From assembly GCA_049724395.1 (NCBI GenBank), contig JAUGWO010000149.1:1-64000 (forward strand): a stretch of DNA of 64,000 nucleotides. The letters run 5' to 3'. Made by a program: the position numbers and the translations under genes. This document shows positions 10,261 through 23,465 of this stretch, piece after piece (within the stretch, counting starts at the first letter, position 1; each line of letters begins with the position of its first letter). Source of the DNA: Spongospora subterranea f. sp. subterranea. Its lineage: Eukaryota. The notes under the pieces are model-generated. The model saw nothing but the letters and a program-made list of their open reading frames with translations, had not been told where the DNA came from and searched no databases.

Positions 10261-12067
10261 ATGGCCGTATCGGTCGCTGAAGCGATCATGTGTGATCGCC
10301 CACATCCGGAACAAGATGTGTTCTTTCTTGAGGAAAACGGCCAGCTGATTTTGCCATACGTGCCGGCTTCGTATCTTAGCGTCAATTCAGCTAAAATTTT
10401 GGATGGGCTGTTTATCGGCAATAAGGATGCCGCAATCGACCTCGAATTTATAACATCCAACAAAATAACTCATATTGTTTGTGGTATTGCATTGTCGTTG
10501 TTCGCCGTATTAGCTGATTGTTGATTCTAGATCAACTGTGTTGGGCACTTGCTACCGAATTCGATGCAGCGATATGGTGTACAGTATCTGTCGTTTCCGT
10601 GGGTCGATTCGAAGACCACGACCATGTTCGATGCCGAAGGAAAAACGCTCAACAGGATCATGTCGTTTATCCAATCGGCACTTTCCAATCACAATGGGGT
10701 TCTAATATTTTCGGTTCATGGCAAATGTAAGTTCAAATCTGCTTCCTAAGCGATTGACTCATGAACCAACAGCGAGGTCTTGCTGCGTTGCCGCCGCCTT
10801 TCTCATGCAATATTTCGGATGGTCCTTGAAAAAATGCCTAGAATTTATCCAATTTAAGCGAGCCGATATCAACCCGAAACAATATTTCTTACGGCAGCTG
10901 CAAAGGACTGAAAAATCGCAACAGCAGAAGGTGTCGGCCGCTGTTAGCTCACAAAACGACGATGCACAGTCACGATGGCTAAACAGCTGTCAATCGCACA
11001 CCGAGTTGGTTGCACGTAATACGGTAAGGGATGTCGCTCATCAATAGTGTTGAACTGCTCATGATGGAATTGTAACCAGTTCTTGAACGGCCACTACATC
11101 AAGGCCGAACACGAAAAAGGAGCAGATTTCAAGATTTACGAGGACTTTGCGAGCTCACTTCAAAAAAGTCCAGCGAATTCCACGAATCGGCTGCGCTGGG
11201 TAGACGAAATCGACCCAAAATCGTCCTTAGAACTTTCAGGTGGTGTCGAGTATTCCAACAGCCCTTCAGCAAAGGCGTCATCATCAGGTACTCCCAGGTC
11301 CATTTTCGTTGAATTTACTTGACTCTGAAACGGGTTTTCCGAAGCTGGGCCGGTTTCAATTTTGAAGACGCCTCCCCCATCTCCAGATGCCCCAATTGGA
11401 GAGGATGGAGTCAAAACAAAAGCAGCCCCACCCGCGATGACGAGGCAGGTTAAGACGGCGTGGAATGGGGATGGAGAATTATCAGGAATCAAAACAACAA
11501 CCTCAATGAGGCCGTCGTCTGCCCAATCAGAACATGAGGACCATCAGGCATATAATCTGTACGACCACCGCCACGACCAATTTCCTTGTCCATCGCTTGA
11601 TATTGTGCGTGTTTTATTTGCTTTATAGCGATTTAGGGAGAAGTCATTGGCGAAATCAAGTCGGGCAGTATGGGGTTGAAGACAGTTTCGCCAAATCTTC
11701 ATTGTCGCCGTCAGATAAGTACCGGAAGCTGTCCCGAGCTTCATCAGTAGCCAACGCCGCAACAGTTTCCTCGCTGGCCAAGATGAAACAATCGCTGAAA
11801 TACAGGTCCTTTTCGCCATCTTCGTCAACAGTAACCAAAGCCACCAGGCGTCTCAAAAGTCGGAGTAATTCGGCTGGGTCCAGTATTGATTTGGAGGACA
11901 ACTGGATGGACAAGTTGGACCGGATGAGTCTTTCTTCGATGAAGAATAGTAAAAGATTTCTGGGTTCGGCTGTTGGCGGCAACGCAGCTCTCAGCGTTAA
12001 CGGCCGACGTCCAGCAAGTGGTGGACATATTAAATCTGGGGCTTCATCGTTGATGAGATCGCTTTGA
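10261..12067 (+). CDS. Dual-specificity phosphatase-fold protein, probable pseudophosphatase, with Ser-rich tail (multi-exon)
   Basis: KILDGLFIGNKDAAIDLEFITSNKITHI, then spliced GVLIFSVHGKSRSCCVAAAFLMQYFGWSLKKCLEFIQFKRADINPKQYFLRQL. GT-AG introns visible. Confidence 0.85.
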
Positions 12068-13384
12068 GATCACATAATAAACACATTGTATCTGAATTTG
12101 ACCAAAGTAGGGAATATCACCAGGTTTGCTAGAATTGATCAAACTCCAGTTTCAGCAGATGTTGTTTTACATGCTCAATCTGTATTAACAGAACGATCAG
12201 CTGTTACACCACCATTATACCATTGTCAGTCTAGCTACAATGTGGATTATTCTCGGGTTGGATGCCCCGCATAAAAAAACAACCGAAATTGGTTATCTAT
12301 AAAATGGGAACGTGCATGGACATTTCTGTCAAGTTCTCCTGGGTTGGCAGTGTGGAAAAATAGTCACGGAGACATCGGCCAATTTTAACGACGCCGATGG
12401 AGTTTGCGGAATGGCTGATCATGGGTTGGGCCGGAATGATGGTGGTCGCCCTGATTTATCAAGCACAGAAGTGTCGACGTATGAACAGGAACTTCAAGCG
12501 AGATCTGCGGCGACAGCCTCAATTCTAAGAAATCCCTCTGAGTTACGATCCCGTTCAGCTCACAGATGTTATGCGCCCTGATCGAGTTATATATCTATGA
12601 AAGAGTGCTTTATCTTGTTGCAATCGGGATAAATCATGGGTAAAATACCATCTTGAGCAATTGTAATATGAAGGCACAATAGAGCAGATGTTACGTTATA
12701 GAGAACGCATTGTCAGTAGTCAGCAGTGCTGTTGAAAATCAATCAACGTATTACATATATAGTTTCAAACCTCTACATTATCATATACTTGTTGCTTTGT
12801 CAAGCAGAAGCCTTTCATGCAAACTCGAACATCTCCTCCCATAGTTTGAATGAATGAATCCATGAAATATAATACTTCGCATTGCTAACAAAACTATATG
12901 TTTTGATTCGCATTGCGAATTGTATGATCATGGAATTCGAGTACGTTTCGGAACCAGCTTAGTTCTGCTTAGGAGAATCGATATCCCATATCCGGACAAT
13001 CGACAGCTCCCGCATCCTTGAGCATCAGACAAAACGTTTTCAAGACGAGACGGTGGACAGGCCTGGAGCAAGAGGCCAGACGGATCAAGGTTGATCAAGA
13101 CAATTTTGAATCAAAACTGTAAACTATCGTTCTGGGTAAAATAGCTAAATTTGATGTATTCTTCCCTGTCGTGGAAATTTTAGAAGGTTTGCTGAATTGT
13201 ATGGTCAATACTACCACACATGTTTCCCTTGACAACCAGCTGGTGAGGAACCTACTTTCACCTGCGCTACCACGTATTTTGGCAATGCCATATCAATGGG
13301 CATCCTGATTTGGATGTGGTATAGGAGAATGACTAGATCATGAAGTAAAATCACAGTTTAACTACACGTGGCTTAACACTGCAC

Positions 13385-13770
13385 GTTGATGATACTTCTT
13401 ACACTAACTGGTAACGCATGAGCTTTTCAGAGTGTTATCAATGATACAGTGACAACTGAGCCCCACCTCGACCATGACAGTGACGAGGAAACACTCGTCA
13501 TGCCGATGATAAACTGGTAACGCACGACGTCAGAGTTTAATTGATGATACAGTGACAGTTTTGAGCCCCCCTCTCGCCGCCGATTGTGATGTTCATTGAT
13601 GATACACAGTGACAGGTGAGCCCCACAGTGACGACGAAACACTGGTCATGCTGATGACACCTCGTGCAGTAGCTGGTAACGAAAGTCTCCGAGTCTCATT
13701 GATGATACAGATACAGGAGAGCCCCTCTCGTGTACTGCCCATGATGACAGTGATGAAGAAACACTTCCCT
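13385..13770 (+). repeat. Degenerate tandem repeat, ~105-bp unit, about 4 partial copies
   Basis: Recurring blocks CTGGTAACG, (T)GATGATACAG, GAGCCCC and ACAGTGAnGAnGAAACACT in constant order. Confidence 0.75.
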
Positions 13771-14196
13771 TAAGTGATTGCCGTGAGGTCCACAATTGAA
13801 CTCATCCATTATCGCTCACATCAAGGGGATAATCCGACCGACCCCGCTCAGGCTATTAGATAGCTGACGATTCAATTCGCTTCCACAAAATCACGGGCTC
13901 AGACATCGAGTAAAGTAATTAACTGTGGGCGCGCCGTTGGTGCGCTTTCCATGTGTGAATTGAGACGCTGTCAAACATATATCCATTTCAGAGCATCATT
14001 TGCACGGTTACAGGTATATTCGCTCGCTTTAATATCTCTGTCATGATTGGAATTATGGTGTCAGGTCTGTTTAGGGTTATCGTCGCAATCGCGAAACTGG
14101 TCATATTATGACACCGTTTCCAATACCTCCGGATCGGTATGTCATTTTATAACCGCAATTACGAGTTTTTTTTTGGCATTGTCAATTTCTGGTTTT

Positions 14197-14905
14197 ATCA
14201 ACTACCATTGGTGTCTTCAGTATTTTTAGATCTTTAATGTTATAGGTCCCCCTAATCTGTATTTCCGGTGCAACGACAACTGCAGAATCTTTCTTCTTTG
14301 TAAGATTCCATTCACTGGTGCCTTTCTCTTAATCACATCGTTTTGATAAACATAGGTTCATAGTGCGCTTGCTAGTTCAGGTTTTAGAGTGATATCAGTA
14401 ATGCACCACCTAATCCGTTTCGATCACGCAAGTAAACTTCTGGCTCACTGCAGATTGATTATCCTCCGGCATCGTCCTTTAGGGAGTGGGCTGTTAACCT
14501 TGTCGAGTTCCTCGATTTTCTTCGAATTCCAACTGTATGTCAAATTTTATGTTCCTGTTAGTTGCAGCCCTGAATAACAAATAGTGTCATCTGTTTGGAT
14601 GTGGCCTCGGCGGCTATCTTGCTTTGTGGTTTGCGAAAACCTTTCCTGACCGCACCTCGTCCGTTGTGATTCTCAATTCGTTCGTGTCTACCTTGGAATT
14701 TTACCACAATACCATGTTGAGACCATTGTAATACCGGATTGTTCATCGTCCGAACCCTGCTAATTTGTCACATTGCCTTGCAGGTTCTCATACATGCCTG
14801 GATTTATTTTGAAGAGGTATGTGCTTGATTCCTTCGATTCTATCCCTGCTGAGCCAAGAATCGCTGATGCCACCGATTTTGTCGTCACCAAATTGTACTG
14901 ACCAT
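14197..14905 (-). CDS. Possible small multi-exon hypothetical gene
   Basis: Short open segments separated by intron-like stretches, divergent from the gene at 14950. No recognisable motif; boundaries uncertain. Confidence 0.2.
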
Positions 14906-14949
14906 GGTTAATCGTTGGCAACCGAGTAAACTGTTTTTTTAGAGAGAAA

Positions 14950-15615
14950 ATGCCGACTAGCCATTTGCTGTCTCGGATGTTGCTGCAAACGAATCCGGTT
15001 CAACTCGAAAATTTGGAAGGAATTCGCCAGCGTGATGTCCTGATTTTGCAGACGTTGGATAAGACATCTTTAAATCTTCAGGTCAGGTTCATAGCCATGG
15101 ATGGTTACCGTATCTGATACTCTGGTAGAGTTACGAAGAACTAATTTCTCGATTAAACGAATCCAAAGTCGCTGAGCTCAAGTCAGGAGGTTAAACATAT
15201 CCTAATTTTCATGTTCACCCTTTAGTAATGCGTTGGCCAAACAGGCGATTTTCCGATGCTTGCGTATCCCGATGAGATAATTCTTCACGTGAGGATTCAT
15301 TTACGCCGATACCCGAATACATGCGTTCCCTGTGATTCGACCGTCGATAAGAAAAGGGAGTCGACGCCGGTTAAAGAGGATGCTAGGACGTCGCCACCTG
15401 TACTATTCAGCATGAACCGGTCCGCGAGCCATCCCAAGATATTACAAACAGCTCCTTCAATTGGGCTTTTTCATCCCACACTGTCTGAGTCAACTTCTGT
15501 TAGTTCGGTTGTCATAAAAAAAAAGCCAAATGAAGAGAGAGAGCGGCGAAAAAAGGAGCTATTCAATGCGGCAACGTCTAAAACGCCACTTCACAATCAA
15601 GTTTTTGATTCTTGA
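14950..15615 (+). CDS. Hypothetical protein (3 exons)
   Basis: ATG at 14950; GT-AG introns at ~15082-15128 and ~15190-15244 join in frame to ORF 15256-15615. No recognised domain. Confidence 0.45.
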
Positions 15616-15665
15616 TCTGATATTTATATAATGTAGCGCATTAACGAAATTGTTGTTATTGTTGC

Positions 15666-17658
15666 TCATGCAGGAGGTGAAGCGAAGATGGTTCCTTGGG
15701 TTGACTGATGAACAATCGTTGAGACGGAATGTGATTGGCGATTTAGGATCCATACTATCAGGGTGCATGAACTTCTCAGATAATTCAACGTCGACCACAA
15801 TGCGATATCCAGATTGATGTTTCCTTTGTTGTACCTAGATTACCAGATCAGCCGGGCGATTTATAACTTAATCTCTGCTGGCGATATCAAACCAGTTGTT
15901 ATCCGCCTGGTATCTGGCGCAAATCTCTTGATCGATATGGGTCGTGACCAGATTTACTACGAAGACCAGCACCAAGACGAATCTGTTGTCGATGTCAGTC
16001 GGCGACGATTCTCATGGTATGGAACAACAATTACATAGCTAGGAGTTGGCCCGGATTCCTGGTCAGTTCTGGGGTTCGATCAGGGGATCCATTCCCATTC
16101 CAGGACGACGTTTGAATATTGATCATACACGACAGCTGGATAACGGTGCAGAAGTTGAAGGCGACGTGAAATACGTCGGACAATGGCGAATACGATGCCA
16201 ATAACGCCTGGTCAGATGCGGACCGGATCTGGATCACGATCAGCAGGATGGCGATCCCGGCCAGGATCCCCTGGAATACTCGGCCGACATGCTCCAACAG
16301 ACTGTACAGGATATGGATCGACCGTTCACCGCCACCGCCGCTCCCTTTCAATGTCCCTATCGATAGTCGCCATCAAAACCACGAGAAATTCTCCTCGATT
16401 CCGAACAATTTCACCAGTCGCCGATTGCTGCGGATCATCCTGATCCGTTTTCGTCACCTGCCCGATCGGAACGCAACGGAACTGCCCATCCGTTTTACTT
16501 TCGACATAGGCCATGGGGAGATGGCGAAACTCCACTAACTGCCCTTTTCGATAGTGCATTATGGTCTCAACCTGATCGTGATCGGTTATGGCCGATCCAG
16601 TGGACAACACATCGTTCAAATCGATTTCGACTGTTCCTAACACTCGAGTTATCGACATGTTTATGACGACGCCGGATTTTCCGACCTGGACCCAGACCGG
16701 ATCGTCTCCGATGCGGTGAACGCTGTCGGTGCTGATCGTTGGGCGGGGCACGGTCAGATCCACGATTGCGTGGCAACGATGGGAGTGACGTTGGTTGAAG
16801 ATCATGCGATGGGGTTCCCGGTTGCGATAACGATCCGCGTCGCAAATTGGGGACCGACCGACGAGCTACCAACTGGGATTGTATCGTTTGGTGTTGACCC
16901 GGATCCGGTTCTGATTTTGGTATTGATTGACCTTCTGCGACGAATCCCATATCAATACCCAAAAACCACAACTTGTCCCGTTTTACGAATTTGATCATGA
17001 TCCGGTTGTTGATCAGGAGGTGCTTTGGAAAGCGGATTCGATGTCGTCGGAGTCGCCGTTCCTGTTTGTCCAAAAACTAAATTCTGTGGTATTGCCGTTG
17101 AGGCTGAGATGGGGCCCAACCCTCAGCTGGAACCGATTTCCTTTTGCGAAACCGATCCATGAATCTGCCAGGTCGATCATGATCCAGTTCAGGGTTCGAA
17201 TCCGGAACCGTTTCCGGTGCAGGTTCCTCCCCTTTTTTGGGAAACAGCGCCCGAAACCCCCGAAACCGATTGGAAATCTATTTCGCCACAGTCAAATCCC
17301 AGGGCGCGATAACCGCTGGCGATAATCGGGTACCGGATTGGGCGGTGGATGATGCAGTTCCTGATCGGATCCGGCCGTCGCTTGAACCATCTTCAACAGA
17401 CCATCGCTATCGGCCTCGGGGACCGCCGCCTAAACCCACACACAGCGCAACGCCCATCGGTAAACGGCGTATCGTCCACACAATGGGCCGACAACCTGAT
17501 GATCTGGATCGATCGCCTCCACGTGATCCGACGACAACGCCGCCGATCTCGACAATACCCGATCGAGACCCGCCTGTAAAAACACCCACCAGATCACCAA
17601 ATCTGCTAAAGCTGTCGCTGGTCAATACCGATCGCTGATTTGGGTCATCATCGTCCAT
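15666..17658 (-). CDS. TMEM237-like ciliary transition-zone membrane protein (multi-exon)
   Basis: Disordered N-terminus and MAYVESKTDGQF, then four hydrophobic segments: VFQGILAGIAILLIVI..LLASYSPLSDVFHVAF, FVLVLVFVVNLV and IALWSTLNYLRSSCTLIVWIL. These resemble the TMEM237 blocks HGFLAG/LLQQY/PWIVVN. N-terminal exons uncertain. Confidence 0.55.
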
Positions 17659-17773
17659 GAGAATTCCCTAATGGCGACAAACTTTCTCTCTCTCCGATCG
17701 CTTTTCCCGACTGAAATCCAGTCGATTCGGGTCACAGAACCGCAGAGATGATCGAAAACCTCATAAAACCCGA

Positions 17774-20700
17774 CTAAAACGCGACCAATTGTTTATCGAT
17801 TTTTACTTTCCCACGATTTCTTCTGATATAGTTCTTGATCGACTCCCTCCTGATGATGGCGTAGGTCAGCAGCGCGACGAGCGCCGCCTCGACCATGAAC
17901 CAGATTACGGCGACCATCCTGTGCCAGGCCAGTAGATCGTCGATGTAAACGTAGCGATTCACGGCGCCTTTCGGCAGTTCGAACCTGGCGAAAATGACGC
18001 GGAAAACATCAGCGAGGACAGCAATTTCGCCGAAACAAAAAAACAATTACGGCGATCGGTGCGGATAATACGATTCGAAGAATTCCGATAAGGCAATGGA
18101 GACGCCCAACTCGGGATTGTGCATATCGTCGTTCAGACAGACGAACTTCTTCCGCTCGACCAAGATCTCCTCCAGTCGATGGTGGACAACGGTGGCGTTA
18201 TCGCCAACCATGTAGAACGTGACCTGGGGAACGGCGTTCAGGACGATCCCGGAGGGAGGAGCGAACACGCGCCTGACCTGATCCATACTCGCCTTCTGGT
18301 GTTTGAACCGCTTTCTGGTCTCGACCATCGGTTTCAGCATCGCCAAGACCGGTGGACACGAGTTCAACGTCTCCTCGGTCACGCTGACACCTTTCGCAAA
18401 CACTCAATATCAGATCGAAGTCCGTTTTTGTGCGGTTCAACGGACGACGCCGTTGAACCCGGAATACCTTCAGACGATGAGGCGATGTGGCCACGAGCCG
18501 ATGCGATCGCCAACTGAAAACAACGGCCGATGATTGGGACTCGCCAAGCGCGGATCGGATCATGGGGGGGATTACCGAACAATTGATCAACGCGTTCGTC
18601 ATCTCCGAGAACGAGATCTGTTTGTTGATATTGGTGAAATGGCGCAACTCCATCTCGGACACGTATCCGTCCCGATCGAGGTCGATCTCGTCACGGAACA
18701 GGGCGCTGGAACTGAACAGCTCCGGTCTGGGGAACTCAGAGATGAGCGATGGCGGAAAACGGGGGGAGGGGGCGAGCGTACGCCTCCATCATATAGTAGA
18801 AGAACGAGAAGGCGAATTGGACGTCGAGCGACGATCGGAATCGATGCGACGACGTGGCGTCGAACTCCTTCGCCCATATGCTCTGGATCTCGCTCATCAC
18901 CCGTTTATCGATCATATGGGGCATATGAGCTGGGACCTTTCGCGATTGGACCGAGAAATACGCGTTGTACAGGCGCGTCACGAACCTGATCAACGAGGAT
19001 GGTCGGAATGGCGCTATTCGAGTTGCGGAAAGCGTGTTGTTTCGTGACCAACCTGAGCGAATCGCCAAAGGCGTCGAGTTTGTGCCGGGCGAAGTTCGGC
19101 GTCGGGGCTTGGGGACGATGCGATGGCGTCAGGTCCCACGGCCAAACAACGCCACGAACGCGTTCGTGCTCCTGGATGTAGTCGCGAACAACCGATTCCA
19201 GACGAATCTGGTCCAGCTCCAGAAGGTGCTCGCGTTTCGCCTTGACGATCGCTTCGGCCAACGACCACTCGTTCTCTGTTCGGGTTTGTGGTGGTCAGGT
19301 CACGAAAGCAGATCGCCCCCCCCCCCGGTCGACCACATACCGTTCATTTGGTGCATTAGCGCCACCCCATCGGGGTATCGGTTCGATGGAACGCCCTCAA
19401 CCGCCGTCCCCCGCAATATCTGAGACAAAGAACAAAACAACGGATTTCGATTCAGAACAAAATTGGAACCGGTTTGTGCGCGAGAAACCGTGTCGAAATC
19501 GCCCCGTTCGAACTGGTGAAATCGAACCCCTAAAAGAGCCCGATCTTGTTTCTGTAGCGGATCCTGTTCCTGGTCCGAAATTGGATTTTCGTTAGAAATG
19601 ACGGTCGGTGATTGAATAATATTCGGCGATGGACTGCGAAATCGGTTCAGGAACATTGCGGGTTTCAGCGAATGATCTGTCCCGAGAACACTCACTTGGG
19701 CGATGGCGATAGCGGAGAGGGGCCTGGGGCTGGAGTCGTATCGCGTCGGATTGTGAAGGAGATGGTCCGATCTGGGGACGTGACGTCTTCGCCTCTGTGC
19801 GGCAACAGCAACAACAACAACACAGAACCGGTGAGCAACAAATAACGGGATACGACGACGGGGCGAGTACGACCGACTTGATGGAGATGGCGACAGTACA
19901 TGAACAGGGACGATCTAGCGCCGGCAATAACACCAAGATCAACAGCTTCTCGCTCTGGATGATGATCGCCGATCGCACAAACTGCTCACATTCGTGCTCG
20001 GCCGACGTGATCAACGTCGTGATTTGCGCTGAACGAGCGATGACATCGTCGATGAAAAACGCGCGATGTTGTGGGTTGATTTCAATATAAATACCTGACA
20101 TGTCGATATAGGCCGACATTCGATCGCTGGGAATGACGATGTTCATCCCATCGCCGTCCAACACGTATCTGTAGACCGATTCCCTGACCAGACCGGTGCC
20201 GCAGTCGCCCGCGTCGAACCCGCACCGGGCGGTCTTGCAGGCCCGATCGCAGACCTTATCGCCTGGCGAAAAACCAAACACGAATGAGGGAGATTCGCGG
20301 GGGGCGGTGCGGGGAGCAAACAATACTGACCCAGCCATGAATTTGGGCAACCGGTTTCACAATACGATTGCGATTCGTGGGCGATGGTCGGGGAATTGCC
20401 CATGCGAACGGCGGGCGACACGCGACCCTTCCAGGACTTCGCCCCGCGTTCGTTCACGTTCGGCCCGAGACAGTCGCCCTCGTCGTAGTTGCACGACGTC
20501 GTATTACAGACCTACAAGGGGGGGAAAACGGGGATCATCTGAGAACGCCGATCGACGTTTGTCTGGTCGTGGATGAAACAACAAGCGGCGGGGTCGTACC
20601 GGATCGCAGTAATTGTCGTTCAGCCATGAATCGGGGCACCCTGAACTGCATTGAGGGACGTCCCACGACAGATAAACCTGAGTCAGGGGGGTGGTGGTGA

Positions 20701-21682
20701 GTGTCGGGGTCGAACGGGGGAAGGGCCTGTACGGATGGGAATAACACACTTTGGGACCGTGTTGGCGGGACCAGAAATCTTCGGGCCAGATGTCGTTGCC
20801 CAGCATTGTGTCGTCGTTGAAGTAGATGAAGTGGTCCGATAGGTTCGGGATACGGTGAAGATGAACCTGGTGGAGTTGGACGTGTGATTTTCGTGGGGGT
20901 TTTTTGATCGAAACGGGGGGTGCGGGGGCCGACCGACCTCGATGGCTGGGGAGGAGAATACGGGAAGGTGCGATCGATTGGGAATATCTGCTGATGGGTG
21001 ACGATATGCAGATTGGGGTGCGATGTGTCGAGCCAGTACGGGACCTGGCCATTGGTGACGATGTAGACGTTGCGAACCCAGGGCGCATACATCCACAGCG
21101 ACCGCAGCGAATAACGCAGCTCCTCGTTGTCTGAAACAACACGCACAGACGACGATCAGATCCTTTTTTCTGGAGAGAACGATCGTGGCGGGAAACTCTG
21201 ACCTCGGAACCGGTTCTGGCCGTGTTTGGTTTGGTCGACTGGGTCGGTGGGATTGGCGCTAGCGGCATTGTTGCTGTTGCTGTGATCGGCGATGGTTTGG
21301 GCCAGTTCCCCGTCTACAGGTGTAGTCAAATACTCAATCAGTCAAGCGAAGTCACAACTACGACCTTCGGCTCGAAATCGGGCAATCTGCTCGATCAGTA
21401 AAGGATCGGAGCCGTTCACCCACGTGTAGACGACATCGATGACCGGGGCACAGAGATCGCCCTGGAATGAGCGATTGACGATATTGATGGACGATTGGGA
21501 ACACTGGCACATGAACAGCCCTCGAACACCTTCAACAAAAGAGGGGTGATTCGGTCAGAATCACCAGACCGGGGCGGATCATCGGTCGGGGATTTACAGA
21601 TCATGATCCAGAGAACGGCATGGAACGACGCAACCGACAGGAACGCGAACACGACCAACGATGATCGTGGGAACCGCTCCAT
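17774..21682 (-). CDS. GNPTAB: N-acetylglucosamine-1-phosphotransferase alpha/beta precursor (Stealth family with LNR repeats), multi-exon
   Basis: N-terminal TM; CR1 [15 protein letters not shown]2 [47 protein letters not shown]; two LNR repeats ([43 protein letters not shown]); CR3 [19 protein letters not shown]4 KFVCLNDD; C-terminal TM. Confidence 0.92.
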
Positions 21683-22004
21683 CGTCGATCGAGTCCATGG
21701 CACAATCGATTGCCGCCATGCTGGCCGATCACCACCGCCCGATTTGCCCATTCCGGGACTCAGCGCTCCATAGGACCTTTGACCACGTTTTTCGGCACGA
21801 TTGGGCGATAGGGGAGGCCAACTCCTCTAACAGGGTGTCAGATTGGCGCCACCCTCTCCCAACCCAACTCTGTGTTGGACATCAGCAGATAATCATTGGG
21901 CTACGCACAACAACGGTCGTGGACGGGCCCCTGAGATCTTGGCGATTTTTGGCGTCAGCGAAAAACCCGACAACTGTCGAGATCACGGTTTATTGCTATA
22001 GGAG

Positions 22005-23118
22005 TTATTGGGGATCATAGACAGAAATCAGAACGGCGTCTTTGATTGGTTGATCGTCCCGGTTTGTGTATTCGAGTGTTGTCTCGACAGTCGTACTCTG
22101 AAAGTTCCGATTCGAGTACATGTATTGGATATACTTGGGCGCCCCAGGATATATTATATTATCAGCAATGATAACGGATCCCTATTTGAGACCAATCATC
22201 CTAACTCAGAACCGTCGATCGCGATTGAAACCTCGAACTTCCCATTATACCTTCTGCAATAAGGCACTGGACTCGATCCGCTTCACATCGGGGACGTATA
22301 GCTCTTTCATGTGATCAATGAAGAACATCTATAGACATGATTGAAGAACCGCTTGATGCATTATAATGCTGATATTGCTACATCAACACACGGTATATTC
22401 ATCCCACGAAGTTCTTCATATTTTTCAGCGAATCCTCCTTCAAGGTTGCCACAAATCAGAGCCAGGAAAAAATCCCGATGTGGACGCAGCGATTACCGAC
22501 GATCACAGAAACGGAATCGGATAAACCGGCAAACTCGATGATCTAAACTGGCGGTTTGAGAGATTGCTGATCCGTTTCCAAACGCCGATCTGGGAATCAC
22601 CTGTCGGGCGATCGCTGCGTACGCTGGATTGAACTCAAACGAAAAATAGCGACCGGAAGGGCGTAGCTTCTTTTGGAGCGAACCGAACCGGATGGCGCTA
22701 TATCCGCAATAGCACCCAATTTCCACCATAACCTGTACCAACGAACAAACAGGCCGATGAGGGGCTTAACGATAGGCGTCAAAATCGCATTGACACCGAC
22801 CGTGGGCTTTTTCAATACGATTTGTTTATCGATAATTTCACCTTTCACATCGCCAACCGCCATCACCCAATTCTTGTACCCGAACGCGTCCATGGCCGCC
22901 ACAACTGACGATGGGTCACCAGCCGTCGCGTTCTCCAAAACGTATCGAAGGCATTTCTCCTCCCTATTTACAGGGGCTTAACTAGATCCGAGCTTCTATA
23001 CGAGGCGTGAAATCGCTTACACATCGGTGTTCCCGTTCACCATCGCTGTCCTTGTTTTGATCCAGCTGAACCAAAGAGCGAATAGGAGCGAATTCCAAAT
23101 GGAAAATGACAAACCCAT
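22005..23118 (-). CDS. COMT: Catechol O-methyltransferase-like protein with N-terminal hydrophobic anchor (multi-exon)
   Basis: ATAGDPSSVVAAMDAF..MAVGDVKGEIID, SAM motif VEIGCYCGYSAIR, FFIDHMKELYVPD, IIADNIIYPGAPKY, LEY. Confidence 0.85.
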
Positions 23119-23465
23119 ATGTGGATCGTGATATCGTTAGCACTTAACAGAAGTGGCTGTAAGAAGGCCACGCACGCGTTCTAAACGTCCCATCATCAGC
23201 ATGGCACAGTGTGGCGGATCCACCCACAAGTAGCAGTGGGTCGATGATCACTTGATCAGCATGAATCGTTACCACACCCTGACGGTGAGACGGCCACGTG
23301 CGCTCCAACGGGGCTCATCATTAGCGCGGACGTGCCGACGCCTCAGCCGCCGTCCCGGCACAAAATAACAAAGTGCGATATCGCTCGAATTGACAGAATG
23401 GTGAACCCCAAAAAGACAAAGTCACAATGAAATTTATTGATAATCCCATCTAAGAAAATGGTTTC

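Noticed and set aside
13385..13770. CRISPR-like repeat/spacer array
   Set aside because: Repeats are degenerate with irregular spacing, intervening sequences are related to each other, no cas genes, eukaryotic context.
17774..21682. Bacterial capsule Stealth gene acquired horizontally
   Set aside because: Introns, LNR repeats and two TM anchors match eukaryotic GNPTAB.
16183..21773. Numerous + strand ORFs overlapping TMEM237-like and GNPTAB
   Set aside because: Shadow ORFs expected from high GC; no motifs, and the minus strand explains the region.
22440..22496. Apparent non-canonical GT-TG intron in the COMT-like gene
   Set aside because: A canonical AG 12 nt further gives in-frame VIVGGFAEKY.
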